Below are positions 21,170-30,427 of a stretch of 64,000 nt of DNA, one piece after another. The translations under genes were made by a program, and so were the position numbers. Position 1 is the stretch's first letter; each line of letters starts with the position of its first letter. The stretch is from Candidatus Saccharimonadales bacterium (GTDB taxonomy: Bacteria > Patescibacteriota > Saccharimonadia > QS-5-54-17), in assembly GCA_040903985.1 (NCBI GenBank), contig JBBDUI010000002.1:326038-390037 (forward strand), written 5' to 3'. The notes beneath the pieces are model-generated. The model worked only from the letters and a program-made list of their open reading frames with translations. It was not told the origin of the DNA and did no database searches.

Positions 21170-21616
21170 ATGGGAAGCGCTCACGTAGTATCGACCACAG
21201 ATAGCCGACCTACGGAAGCGGTGCTGCAGCAAGCATCACGAGCCGTCCGAGCCAACTTACGAGATCAGTTTCGTAGCTGGCGAGACGAGAGTCGACTCGA
21301 TCCATGCATCAGTCTGCCCGACGGACTGGTGGTATATCTCGAGGAGCACCGAGCTGACCAGAGTCAAACGGTCAGCGATGACCACCAGCTGACGAAATAC
21401 GGCGTTGGAATTCTCGACTATCAGGGCTGTCAGACGCTGCTGATGGTACCGGCCAAAAGAATCGTTGGGGCCTGGAGCAGTGTGCAGACCCAGTTCACTG
21501 CTAACGGCCTTGTGATCGAGAGTTGGTCGCCGGCCGATCTACCCGGCACCATCAAAGACGCTTTCCGCGTCATTGACCTGGACCGGATCGAACCCCTCTT
21601 CCCTACTAGTTGGTAG
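21170..21616 (+). CDS. Hypothetical protein
   Basis: 148 aa ORF with no recognisable motif. Confidence 0.4.
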   Translation: MGSAHVVSTTDSRPTEAVLQQASRAVRANLRDQFRSWRDESRLDPCISLPDGLVVYLEEHRADQSQTVSDDHQLTKYGVGILDYQGCQTLLMVPAKRIVGAWSSVQTQFTANGLVIESWSPADLPGTIKDAFRVIDLDRIEPLFPTSW

Positions 21617-21639
21617 CGGGGTTGTCCACTGCCCACCCA

Positions 21640-21712
21640 GCGCCAACACTTCTCAGTCGTTCCGGGATTCCTCGGGACGCGGACTGGCGAGTGTTGGCGC
21701 GTTACTTTTATA
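21640..21712 (+). terminator. Compound GC-rich hairpin / intrinsic terminator between convergent genes
   Basis: Outer stem GCGCCAACACU / AGUGUUGGCGC (11 bp) with inner stems, followed by GUUACUUUUAUACUU on the plus strand. Confidence 0.5.
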
Positions 21713-21718
21713 CTTAAT

Positions 21719-22864
21719 TTAATAACGCAAGATAGCCAATGCTGGAGCCATACCTACCCCAGCTAGATCGTTGGCCTCGTGCACCTCACCTCCATGGGCA
21801 TAGGTGCCGGCGATGGCGATATCTATCAAATCAACTGCCCCGGGACGACGTTCAGAGAGTGAGACTACCTGCTGGTCATCAACTTCTCCCCATACCTGCT
21901 GATTGCCACGATAAAGTAATCGCTCCACCTTACCGGCTAAAGCCGCCCGGACGATCTCTTCCAGTCGGCCACTGGCTAGTTGCTGATTCTTCGCCTTTAA
22001 TTCGTGGTAGCGCTCAACTACCTCCGCCGTATCAATTGCAAAACGCGGCTGCATCAGTTCAAGTGCCCGTCGATGCAGCTCGTGGGGTTTTACGGTATCG
22101 AAGTTACCACTTAGATGTTCCTCGACTAGTTTATGTTTTAGTTTAGCCCCTCTGTATAGGGAAAATAACTTATCATCTCCGGCAAATAGCACAGGAGCGT
22201 GGCTGTCACGGAGTTCCTGGTTTACACCCTCAGCAATCAGGCGGATAAAACGAGGCGGATCAACATCCTGTAGGTCCTTAGCACCACCATGGCCATGAAA
22301 GATCGCGTCCCCCCTGCTACCGCCCTGATCGGCCACGTGGTTCTGTAGTTGCCGTTCGTTATCGTCCGTGCCCAAGCCCTGCTTAATATCGACAGGTATG
22401 GCGTCGGAGTTGATCACAGATATTCCCTCCATATTCGCCCGGTAAAGCTGTACTCGATTTAAGCTGGCCTGCAGGATATAGAAAATCTGATTAGCACTGA
22501 TTAGTGGTATCAGTGGCTTAATATGGTAGTGACCAGCTGTAATCGAGACCTCCGGCACTGGCAATGGCAGGCGGTAATCTTTCGTCCCTTGCTCCGATAT
22601 ATAAACGGCTAGCCCTTGACGCTGATGCTGCCAGAAAAGGTCATCGCCCAAGAAATCGCGGGCTTTACGTAGACGCTCCTCCACTTTACGGCGCTTATAA
22701 CCAAGTTCAATTAAATCAGTAGCGGCGCTATCCAGAAGATTACGGAAACGAATACGGTCTTCCTCCAGCTCCCGCACCGCCGCTTTATGGGTGGGTAGGT
22801 AAATCGAAGTGACGTGGCCACTCTGCGGTCGCATTAACCTATCGATTAGCTTACGGTTGATCAT
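21719..22864 (-). CDS. Hypothetical protein, possibly eRF1/Pelota-like (baeRF-type) fold; assignment tentative
   Basis: 381 aa, soluble. The motifs YLPTHKA and FHGHGGAKDLQD and the predicted alpha/beta organisation resemble bacterial eRF1-like families. This is my recollection only, not verified. Confidence 0.45.
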   Translation of the reverse strand: MINRKLIDRLMRPQSGHVTSIYLPTHKAAVRELEEDRIRFRNLLDSAATDLIELGYKRRKVEERLRKARDFLGDDLFWQHQRQGLAVYISEQGTKDYRLPLPVPEVSITAGHYHIKPLIPLISANQIFYILQASLNRVQLYRANMEGISVINSDAIPVDIKQGLGTDDNERQLQNHVADQGGSRGDAIFHGHGGAKDLQDVDPPRFIRLIAEGVNQELRDSHAPVLFAGDDKLFSLYRGAKLKHKLVEEHLSGNFDTVKPHELHRRALELMQPRFAIDTAEVVERYHELKAKNQQLASGRLEEIVRAALAGKVERLLYRGNQQVWGEVDDQQVVSLSERRPGAVDLIDIAIAGTYAHGGEVHEANDLAGVGMAPALAILRY

Positions 22865-22967
22865 ACCTACCTCCTGCTTTTAACGTACTCACTAAGTATA
22901 CCAAGCCAGTGACATTTAACAGGGGCGGATGTTTGACTTAGCCTACATCAAGTAGTCTAGTAATGAG

Positions 22968-23369
22968 CTAGGCGTTATCACTACTATCTGGGTCGAAATC
23001 AAGTGCTAGCGAGTTGATACAGTAGCGCTGTCCCGTCGGCTGAGGTCCGTCACTGAAAAGGTGACCCAGATGGGAGCCGCAACGCTTGCAACGCACTTCG
23101 ATGCGACTCATACCGTGAGAACTATCGCTGACAAGCTTAACCCTCTCACTGTCTTTAACATCGCAAAAGCTGGGCCATCCGCTGCTTGAATCAAACTTTG
23201 TTTCAGAATCGAACAGCACTTGATGACAGGCAGCACACGAGTAGCTACCGTGTTCGGAATTATGCAGCAGAGTACCACTGCCTGGTAATTCCGTTTCACC
23301 TTGACGCAGTATTCTATACCGAGCCGGACTTAAGCGCTCCTGCCACTGTTCATCTGTTAATTCATCCAT
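22968..23369 (-). CDS. msrB: Peptide methionine (R)-S-oxide reductase MsrB
   Basis: Two CxxC zinc pairs (CAACHQ, CKRCGSH) and the catalytic RYCINSLAL. Start moved to MDELTDEQW (23369), which matches MsrB N-termini. Confidence 0.9.
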   Translation of the reverse strand: MDELTDEQWQERLSPARYRILRQGETELPGSGTLLHNSEHGSYSCAACHQVLFDSETKFDSSSGWPSFCDVKDSERVKLVSDSSHGMSRIEVRCKRCGSHLGHLFSDGPQPTGQRYCINSLALDFDPDSSDNA

Positions 23370-23422
23370 AGCTACTATTATACGCCCTGGACATCGGCCC
23401 ACTTCAATGGGAAACTAGCCGT

Positions 23423-23920
23423 ATGGCAAACTACTCATTCGACATTGAATCAACTTTCGATAAAGCGGAGCTAAACAACGTTTTCGATCAAACTCAACGC
23501 GAGATAGCTAACCGGTATGATTTTAAAGGTACTCCAGCCCAACTGGAATGGCTAAATAGCGATAGAACCGGCTTTAAGGTAACCGGCAGTGGGGACTGGC
23601 AAATTGACGCCATCCTTGACATAGTCCGCAAGAAGTTAGCTAGCCGAGGGCAGAGCCAAAAGATACTCGACACCAACCGTGACTCCATAACCCGTAACCT
23701 CAAGACCACGAAAGAAGTACTGTTTAAGCAGGGCTTAGATCAGGACAAGGCTAAACATCTCACCAAGCTTATCCGGGATAAATTTCCTAAAGTTAAGACC
23801 CAGATTCAAGGTGATGCAGTCCGGGTAAACGGTAGTAGCAAGGACGACCTCCAGGCGGTCATGCAACTGATTAATTCCCAAGAGTTAGACTTTCCAGTTA
23901 GTTTTACTAACTACCGCTAG
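23423..23920 (+). CDS. yajQ: YajQ family nucleotide-binding protein (UPF0234)
   Basis: MANYSFDIESTFDKAELNNVFDQTQREIANRYDFKGT matches the YajQ N-terminus. 165 aa. Confidence 0.8.
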   Translation: MANYSFDIESTFDKAELNNVFDQTQREIANRYDFKGTPAQLEWLNSDRTGFKVTGSGDWQIDAILDIVRKKLASRGQSQKILDTNRDSITRNLKTTKEVLFKQGLDQDKAKHLTKLIRDKFPKVKTQIQGDAVRVNGSSKDDLQAVMQLINSQELDFPVSFTNYR

Positions 23921-24888
23921 CTATCGATCACTCCGAGCCTCGCGAACAGTCGCTGCATAAAGTGTGATTTATGGTGCTTGGTGTGGACGTGATAGTGGTG
24001 GAAGACGCGTACGTGGTGCGGATGAGACAGTAATACACCGGCTAAAATAACTACCGCGCCTATAACCGCACTTACTGCTAGTCGTTCGCCTAGCAGTGTA
24101 GCTGCCGCTGCCGCGCCCACCAGTGGCTCTAAGTAGTATATCGGCGCCGTATCCTCTGCCCTCACCTCATGTAGTGACCAATAGTAGAGACCGTTAGCTA
24201 TGACACCAGGCACGATAGTGCAGTAGAGTAAGGACCACCAAGCTACAGAATCCCCGAGCGGTAGCGTCGACCAATCACTGGAAATAGCCACATAGGCTAA
24301 AACCAAGCCGCCGGCGAGTATAAACCGTAAGCTGATCAACTCATTGGGCGCCAACCAGGTGTACATGTATTTAGCGTGAACTATACCGGCTGCAACCGAT
24401 GCGTAAGCTGTCAGTAGTAATACATCGCCTAGAACCAGCGTCTGACCTAAAACCACCGGCAGACCGATTAGCATCAGGCCACCGGTAAGCGATATCATAC
24501 CACCGATTAAGACACGTTTTATCGCCGGTTCATGCAGCAAGATCAGCGAGAACAGATAGACAAAGATCGGTGTAGTCAGGCCTAGAATTGAGGCCTTTAA
24601 GGCAGTCGATGCATCTACCCCAAGTGGAAATGCGACTACAAATACGATTATAAACGCTACCGATACACCTAACTGTAACAGTAGCCACTTATTCTTAAGG
24701 AAGCTTAGGCTGTGCACAAAACTTAACAAGATTAGACCGATGAGAAAGAAGCGTAATGAACTAAATAGCAAGGGGTCCATCGTCTCTATTCCGACCTTCA
24801 TGACTACGGCATTAGTGCCATACAGACTAATGGCAAAGGCAGCGACTGCTAGAGCGTTATAGTTTCTGGTTTTATTAATACTCAACAT
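23917..24888 (-). CDS. EamA/DMT-family transporter
   Basis: About 10 TM helices arranged as two EamA-like repeats. The C-terminus is His-rich. Confidence 0.65.
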   Translation of the reverse strand: MLSINKTRNYNALAVAAFAISLYGTNAVVMKVGIETMDPLLFSSLRFFLIGLILLSFVHSLSFLKNKWLLLQLGVSVAFIIVFVVAFPLGVDASTALKASILGLTTPIFVYLFSLILLHEPAIKRVLIGGMISLTGGLMLIGLPVVLGQTLVLGDVLLLTAYASVAAGIVHAKYMYTWLAPNELISLRFILAGGLVLAYVAISSDWSTLPLGDSVAWWSLLYCTIVPGVIANGLYYWSLHEVRAEDTAPIYYLEPLVGAAAAATLLGERLAVSAVIGAVVILAGVLLSHPHHVRVFHHYHVHTKHHKSHFMQRLFARLGVIDS

Positions 24889-25002
24889 TTCTCTGACATA
24901 GTAGCACAGAGGCTCGGGGGGTGCGGGACCATAACCAGGTCGTACGCCACTCCACTTTAACTCCTATATAATAGAGCTAACTGACTTAACTTGAAGTGAT
25001 CT

Positions 25003-25581
25003 ATGCCCGATAAACTCTCTACTCGCTACAAACTCGGCTGGCAAGCAATCCGTCGGCTCCTTAGCCGCCCCCGCTATCTTCTCCTAGCCGCTCTGCTCTA
25101 TCCTCCGGTGCTCTGGCTGTTCACCTACCTCAGCAACCTCAACCTATTTATCTATGTAATGCGGGCCAACTTCTTAAGTGGCCGGGATAAGATTGAATTT
25201 CTGCTCAGCTCCTTCACTAATGTCTTCGCTAATCTGAATGATCCCTTAGCACTATCGATCGTCATCTTCGCCGGCTTCGCCACCCTGAACTTAGTCATGT
25301 TAAGCTATGCTATTAAAATGAACCGTCGAATCAGCGGCGCTAAGAGTTCATCAGCAGCGGCGCTAACCCTAGCTGGCTCCCACTGCATCGCTTGTGGCGG
25401 CTCCCTGCTGGCTCCGATCTTAACTGCTCTCTCCGGCAGCGGTGCATACATCAGCGCTACTCGAGCAAATACTACCGTACTGTTAGTGGTATCAATCAAT
25501 ATCATAGCAATCTTAATCATAGTCCACGCGACTTTAACGCTTGCGCAGCGGTCAAATGTCGGGCTGGCTAGGGCGCAGTAA
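25003..25581 (+). CDS. Hypothetical polytopic membrane protein
   Basis: Several hydrophobic helices. No known motif. Confidence 0.4.
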   Translation: MPDKLSTRYKLGWQAIRRLLSRPRYLLLAALLYPPVLWLFTYLSNLNLFIYVMRANFLSGRDKIEFLLSSFTNVFANLNDPLALSIVIFAGFATLNLVMLSYAIKMNRRISGAKSSSAAALTLAGSHCIACGGSLLAPILTALSGSGAYISATRANTTVLLVVSINIIAILIIVHATLTLAQRSNVGLARAQ

Positions 25582-25748
25582 GGATAGTCGGTATAATTAT
25601 TCACATGAATAACTACAAACTACTTAGAATTGGAGTCTTAACAGTAGGACCGTTAATGTCCGCTACATTTACGCTATAGCCTATCTTCCGCTACGCTAGC
25701 CCTTCTGAACTTATTAACGAATTAATATATGGTTCAGGGATCGGCTGG

Positions 25749-25970
25749 ATGATACTATCTCTACCCTATGTTTGGTTCTGGGCGGTTACTAAGAAAGCCA
25801 AAGGCATTTTAGTGCCAATCTCAGCTAGTGTCTTAATTATGACAGGTCTAGCGGGGATGTTATTTGTACACCTATCTAGCGGTGCGCAGTCTGGTCTAGT
25901 GTTCTTATATATTATACCGATTCAGTTCATCGCTGTAGCTTATCTGGCTTTCCAGACTAAAACCAGTTAG
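25749..25970 (+). CDS. Hypothetical small membrane protein
   Basis: 73 aa with two TM helices. Confidence 0.3.
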   Translation: MILSLPYVWFWAVTKKAKGILVPISASVLIMTGLAGMLFVHLSSGAQSGLVFLYIIPIQFIAVAYLAFQTKTS

Positions 25971-26064
25971 CATTCCTTATGCACTGAATCCTAATTGGGA
26001 GCTGTTTCGTTCGGAAAAGGAAGAACCATAGCCCTTAGCAAGTGCCGAATAGCGGAGAGGGCGG

Positions 26065-26115
26065 GTCCAAACCCCGATCTCCAGAAGACTATGCCCCACC
26101 GTTGGCGGAGACATA
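26065..26115 (-). repeat. Two short direct copies of the 3' end of tRNA-Ser(GGA) (possible att-site remnants)
   Basis: gcggagagggcggg (14 nt) and ttggcggaga (10 nt) both match the 3' end of the tRNA-Ser gene at 26772-26788, in the same orientation, about 700 bp away. Confidence 0.4.
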
Positions 26116-26138
26116 GTCATTAAAGCAGAGCAACTGGA

Positions 26139-26741
26139 TCAAGAACTCGACTTCCGAGCAATAAAGTTAAGATAATTACTAGCTCTGGGCTGAAACTTAG
26201 AGAAGAACAAGATATCGAATCCGTGCTTTTCCATCAAGCTCCTGATCTCACTCTCTGTATAGTAGCTAAACCAGCGCGGCTTGTTTACTCCTGCACTTTC
26301 CCGATAGCCTTCGCCCTTCCCTTCAATCATGCCTAGCCCTATGACCCCATTCGGCCGCAAAACCCGACTCACCTCAATTAATGGAATATCTACAGCTGAC
26401 TTTTTAGCGTGCAGCAAGGAAGTATATGCCCAAACAGCGTCGAAGCTTCTATCCCCAAAAGGCATACTATTATAGTCACCCATTACTGCCCTTAGCCCAC
26501 GTGCTGAACAGAAATCAATCATAGCCTGAGATGCATCAAGACAGGTGACATCCAAGCCTTTTTCCCTAAGGATCAGTCCATCCCTCCCGGGGCCACTCCC
26601 TACATCTAGCACCTTCTTGCCAAACGCTAACTCAGTAAACTTATCGATGAATTCTCGAGGATGGTCATCCCAAAAACCAGTAGTCTCTTCGTCGTACTCC
26701 GACGCCAACTGGTTATATGTATTGATTGTGATTTTATCCAT
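26139..26741 (-). CDS. Class I SAM-dependent methyltransferase
   Basis: Motif I VLDVGSGPGRDGLIL and post-I LDASQAMI. Confidence 0.75.
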   Translation of the reverse strand: MDKITINTYNQLASEYDEETTGFWDDHPREFIDKFTELAFGKKVLDVGSGPGRDGLILREKGLDVTCLDASQAMIDFCSARGLRAVMGDYNSMPFGDRSFDAVWAYTSLLHAKKSAVDIPLIEVSRVLRPNGVIGLGMIEGKGEGYRESAGVNKPRWFSYYTESEIRSLMEKHGFDILFFSKFQPRASNYLNFIARKSSS

Positions 26742-26771
26742 AACAGATAGGCCTTAATAAAATTTAATAAT

Positions 26772-26863
26772 TGGCGGAGAGGGCGGGATTCGAACCCGCG
26801 AAACGGATTGCTCCGCTTACACGCTTTCCAAGCGTGCTCCTTCAGCCTCTCGGACACCTCTCC
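26772..26863 (-). tRNA. tRNA-Ser (anticodon GGA), CCA encoded
   Basis: The reverse complement folds as a type II tRNA: acceptor GGAGAGG/CCUCUCC, anticodon stem CACGC/GCGUG, loop UUGGAAA, long variable arm, T-loop GGUUCGAAUCC. Confidence 0.85.
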
Positions 26864-26897
26864 ACGCATACTATGATATCAAAGTAGCCTCAATGAC

Positions 26898-27500
26898 CTA
26901 GCTATACGACCAGTCTACAGGGGTAAGCTTAAAACCAAGCGCCTGGGCACCGGTAGACTCCACTAATGTCACCCCTTGATCGACATCACAGATAGCCGAG
27001 GCCATCGCCAGTAGAACTGCCCGGTCTTGCTGGCACTTCTCTTTTGGCATACCAGCACTAAGATCTACTTCCGGCAGATTATAGAGATGCGCACTATAAA
27101 CTGAACCGAACCGGTCCACTCCGAAGGCACTCACCGTATGAGCCGCCACAACGTTCTGCGCTAAGCCCGGAGTCGGAAACATACTAGCTGTAAAGTCCGG
27201 CTCATCAGAACCGATCGCTATCTTACCAAAGCCATAACGCATAGCTTCTTTACGGATGAACCGGGCTACCTCTGCCTGCATTACCTCAAAAGGCTCATTC
27301 TCAATGAATCCCAGTAAGTAGTCCATCTCTAACGGTACGCGTTCCGGTATATTCGGTATATCACGCCTATTCCGGATCGCTATACTGCTACTTAACGCTC
27401 GCAATAGCCAAGATTGAGCTTGACTGACCTCGACTAGTTTGGGCCGCAAGCCAGCTTCTTTTGAGGAGATCGGGGCTACATAGTTAGGGTTTGCGGCCAT
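26898..27500 (-). CDS. Hypothetical protein
   Basis: 200 aa soluble ORF with no recognisable motif. Confidence 0.4.
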   Translation of the reverse strand: MAANPNYVAPISSKEAGLRPKLVEVSQAQSWLLRALSSSIAIRNRRDIPNIPERVPLEMDYLLGFIENEPFEVMQAEVARFIRKEAMRYGFGKIAIGSDEPDFTASMFPTPGLAQNVVAAHTVSAFGVDRFGSVYSAHLYNLPEVDLSAGMPKEKCQQDRAVLLAMASAICDVDQGVTLVESTGAQALGFKLTPVDWSYS

Positions 27501-27580
27501 GTGTTTATTTCTGCTTGTGAATGTACTTAGAAAATACCATAAGAATTACTGGATTACAATCGAGATTGAATTATGCTTGA

Positions 27581-27610
27581 TTGAACAAATATGTGAGAGG
27601 TATGTATAAT
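27581..27610 (+). promoter_or_regulatory. Sigma-70-like promoter giving an apparently leaderless ABC-transporter mRNA
   Basis: TTGAAC, 18 nt spacer, TATAAT ending 7 nt before the ATG at 27618. No room for an RBS. Confidence 0.45.
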
Positions 27611-27617
27611 AGAGTCA

Positions 27618-28295
27618 ATGTCGCTTATAAAGCTGAACAACATTACGAAGTCCTACGGCAAGGGTGACACCTCTACGCAAGTACTGGAAGATGTCTCCCT
27701 GGAGATAAACGAAGGTGAATTTGTCGCTATCGTCGGTGCCTCCGGTAGTGGTAAGACCACTCTGATGAACCTTATCGGTCTACTCGATCGACCCGATAGT
27801 GGTACCTACACACTCAACGATAAGGACGTCAGCAAGTTATCCGACGCTCGCCGAGCCCAAGTGCGCCGGGAGCAAGTTGGCTTCGTCTTCCAAAGTTTCA
27901 ACCTCATCCCCCGCCTCAGTGCTCAAGGCAACGTAGAACTACCGATGATTTATGACAAAGTCAGTAGTAAAAATCGCCGCGTTCAGTCTGAGCGCTTACT
28001 TAAACTCGTCGGGCTCGGTGACCGGATGAAAAACCGACCAAACCAGCTCTCCGGCGGACAGATGCAACGCGTAGCCATCGCTCGTGCCTTAGCTAATCGC
28101 CCGAAGCTGATTCTAGCCGACGAACCGACCGGCAACCTCGACAGCAAGACCGGTGCTACAATCTTAAAGATGTTCCAGAAACTGAACGCCAAGGGCAATA
28201 CCATTATTATCATCACCCACGATACCGAGGTCGCACAATATGTAAATCGCACTATCACTATTAAAGATGGTCGCATTGAGGAGAAAACCGAATGA
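27618..28295 (+). CDS. ABC transporter ATP-binding protein (MacB/LolD/FtsE-like)
   Basis: Walker [10 protein letters not shown], signature [15 protein letters not shown], Walker [13 protein letters not shown]. Confidence 0.9.
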   Translation: MSLIKLNNITKSYGKGDTSTQVLEDVSLEINEGEFVAIVGASGSGKTTLMNLIGLLDRPDSGTYTLNDKDVSKLSDARRAQVRREQVGFVFQSFNLIPRLSAQGNVELPMIYDKVSSKNRRVQSERLLKLVGLGDRMKNRPNQLSGGQMQRVAIARALANRPKLILADEPTGNLDSKTGATILKMFQKLNAKGNTIIIITHDTEVAQYVNRTITIKDGRIEEKTE

Positions 28296-29533
28296 TCTGG
28301 CGCAACTTCAAAATGGCAGTGGCTTCTCTCCGGCACAGTAAGTTACGTTCATTTTTAACCATGCTAGGCATCATCATCGGCGTATCTTCCGTGATTACCG
28401 TGATCGCTGTCGGCGAGGGTGTGAAGCAACAGATTGTAGGTGAGTCGGAAACCTTAGGGGCTAACCTAATCAGTATCACCCCTGGCCAAACCTTCGGTGA
28501 AGACGGTCAGGGCTTTAACCCAGCCGCCTCGATCGGCGTATCTACTCTGACTGAGGCCGATTTAGCAACTATCCGTAACATCGACACGGTCGCAGTAGCC
28601 GCCCCACTCTCTCTCATCTCCGGTGTACCGAGTCGTGGCGAGACTCGCGCCAGTGGATCCACTATCATGTCCACTACACCCGATATAGCTGAAGTACTAA
28701 AGCTAGACCTCGCTGTCGGCAACTTCTTCGCTACCTCAACCGCTGAGGGAACAGAGAATGCCGCTGCTAGTCCCGAGACGGTACTCGGCTTTAACGTAGC
28801 TGACCAATTATTTGACTCTCCTGAGCAGGCAGTAGGAGAAACTATCAAGCTACGAGACCGTAACTTTGTAGTTACCGGAGTGCTTGCCGAACCGGCCGAT
28901 GGCTTCGCTTTCGGCGTGGAAGCTCAAATGGCTGGAGGAGTCTTTATACCCTTTGAGGTTGGGCGTGATATAGCCGGTGGGGTAGCTAACATCATTGAAA
29001 TCGATGCTCTCGCTACTGATACTGAGGTGCTAGACGAGACTGTCGCCGCTATCGAGAGCGCCATCCTCGCCAACCATGATGGTGAAGAAGATTTTACTGT
29101 CATGACTCAGGACCAATTCGTCGAAGTCTTCGACACCATTTTCGGCTCAGTGGCTGCTTTCATCGCAGCTATTGCTGCCATCTCCCTCCTAGTTGGTGGT
29201 ATCGGGGTAGCCAACATCATGCTCGTCTCCGTAACCGAGCGCACCCGTGAAATCGGTATTCGTAAGGCCGTAGGTGCCACCCGCCTACATATCATGCTAC
29301 AGTTCCTGATTGAAGCTATAGTACTCTCTGTTATCGGTGGTCTGCTAGGAGTGGCAGCGGCCTATGGATTAACCCAGATTATCGAGTCCCAAGCCAGTAT
29401 CCAAGCCATATTTACACCGATGGCATTCATGCTAGCCCTAGGTGTATCTGGCGGTGTCGGTATTCTCTTCGGTATCGCACCAGCTATTAAAGCCGCCCGT
29501 AAGGACCCCATCAAATCCCTCCGCTACGAATGA
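28292..29533 (+). CDS. ABC transporter permease, FtsX/MacB-type with large extracytoplasmic domain
   Basis: N-terminal TM, ~250 aa periplasmic-like domain, C-terminal three-TM FtsX domain. Overlaps the ATPase gene by 4 nt. Confidence 0.85.
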   Translation: MIWRNFKMAVASLRHSKLRSFLTMLGIIIGVSSVITVIAVGEGVKQQIVGESETLGANLISITPGQTFGEDGQGFNPAASIGVSTLTEADLATIRNIDTVAVAAPLSLISGVPSRGETRASGSTIMSTTPDIAEVLKLDLAVGNFFATSTAEGTENAAASPETVLGFNVADQLFDSPEQAVGETIKLRDRNFVVTGVLAEPADGFAFGVEAQMAGGVFIPFEVGRDIAGGVANIIEIDALATDTEVLDETVAAIESAILANHDGEEDFTVMTQDQFVEVFDTIFGSVAAFIAAIAAISLLVGGIGVANIMLVSVTERTREIGIRKAVGATRLHIMLQFLIEAIVLSVIGGLLGVAAAYGLTQIIESQASIQAIFTPMAFMLALGVSGGVGILFGIAPAIKAARKDPIKSLRYE

Positions 29534-29569
29534 ACCGGTAGAACATTAACGTAGAACTACGATATGCCA

Positions 29570-29603
29570 AAACGAAAACATCTTATGGTGTTTTCGTTTT
29601 GTT
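29570..29603 (+). terminator. Intrinsic terminator after ABC operon
   Basis: AAACGAAAACA-UCUUAUGG-UGUUUUCGUUU (11 bp perfect stem) followed by UGUU. Confidence 0.55.
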
Positions 29604-29704
29604 AAGGAGGAGTCGATGACAAGCAAGGCGTAAGCCAGTGGCGGCATTGACGTAAAGCTGAGCGGACTCCGACGTGATATACTGTCGCCAAAGGATTATT
29701 CAGG

Positions 29705-30424
29705 ATGAAGCTGCTAGCTCCCACTATCTTCGACCCCTTTCCGGAAGTAGTAGCAGCTATGAGTATGCGTGACACTGCTGGTGCGAACCAGCTAAACATG
29801 AGCCGGCAGCAAGAAAGTAAAATCGCTCGTACTAACCGCCAACAATTCGCTGCTGAGATCGGGTTCGACCTAGAGCAGCTAGCCGCTCCCGAACAGAATC
29901 ACACTGATATAGTCCATGTCGTTCAAGGAGAGTACCACCCCCACCCGGGAGACGGCGTGATTACTAGTGAGCCAGGCTGGCTACTTGGTATCACGGTGGC
30001 TGACTGCGTACCGCTCCTACTGTTCGACCCCTTATCTGGTAGTTACGGCGCTATCCACTCTGGCTGGCGTGGCAGCGCCCAGAACATCGCCGGTATAACC
30101 GTGCAGAAAATGATGCGAGAGTTCTCCCTGCGACCAGAGAACCTCTATGCCTGGATCGGTCCCAGTGCCGATAAAGCCACCTATGAGGTCGGCTACGATG
30201 TAGTCAGTCAGTTTAATCCTAAATACTCCACTCCCCTAGATGCCGACCGCTGGCTATTTGATAACAAGAGGGTGGTACATGATCAGCTATTAGACAATGG
30301 GCTAAGACTAGAGCGGATCGAGATATCCAGCCTTGATACTATCTCCAACCCCGAGCTACACTCCGAACGGCGAGATGAAGAGACCTCCGGACGGATGTTA
30401 GCCGCCATCGGCATAACTCGTTAG
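29705..30424 (+). CDS. pgeF: YfiH/PgeF-family (DUF152, laccase-domain) purine-nucleoside/peptidoglycan-editing enzyme
   Basis: GITVADCVPLLLFDP and AIHSGWRGSAQNI motifs. Confidence 0.8.
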   Translation: MKLLAPTIFDPFPEVVAAMSMRDTAGANQLNMSRQQESKIARTNRQQFAAEIGFDLEQLAAPEQNHTDIVHVVQGEYHPHPGDGVITSEPGWLLGITVADCVPLLLFDPLSGSYGAIHSGWRGSAQNIAGITVQKMMREFSLRPENLYAWIGPSADKATYEVGYDVVSQFNPKYSTPLDADRWLFDNKRVVHDQLLDNGLRLERIEISSLDTISNPELHSERRDEETSGRMLAAIGITR

Positions 30425-30427
30425 GAC

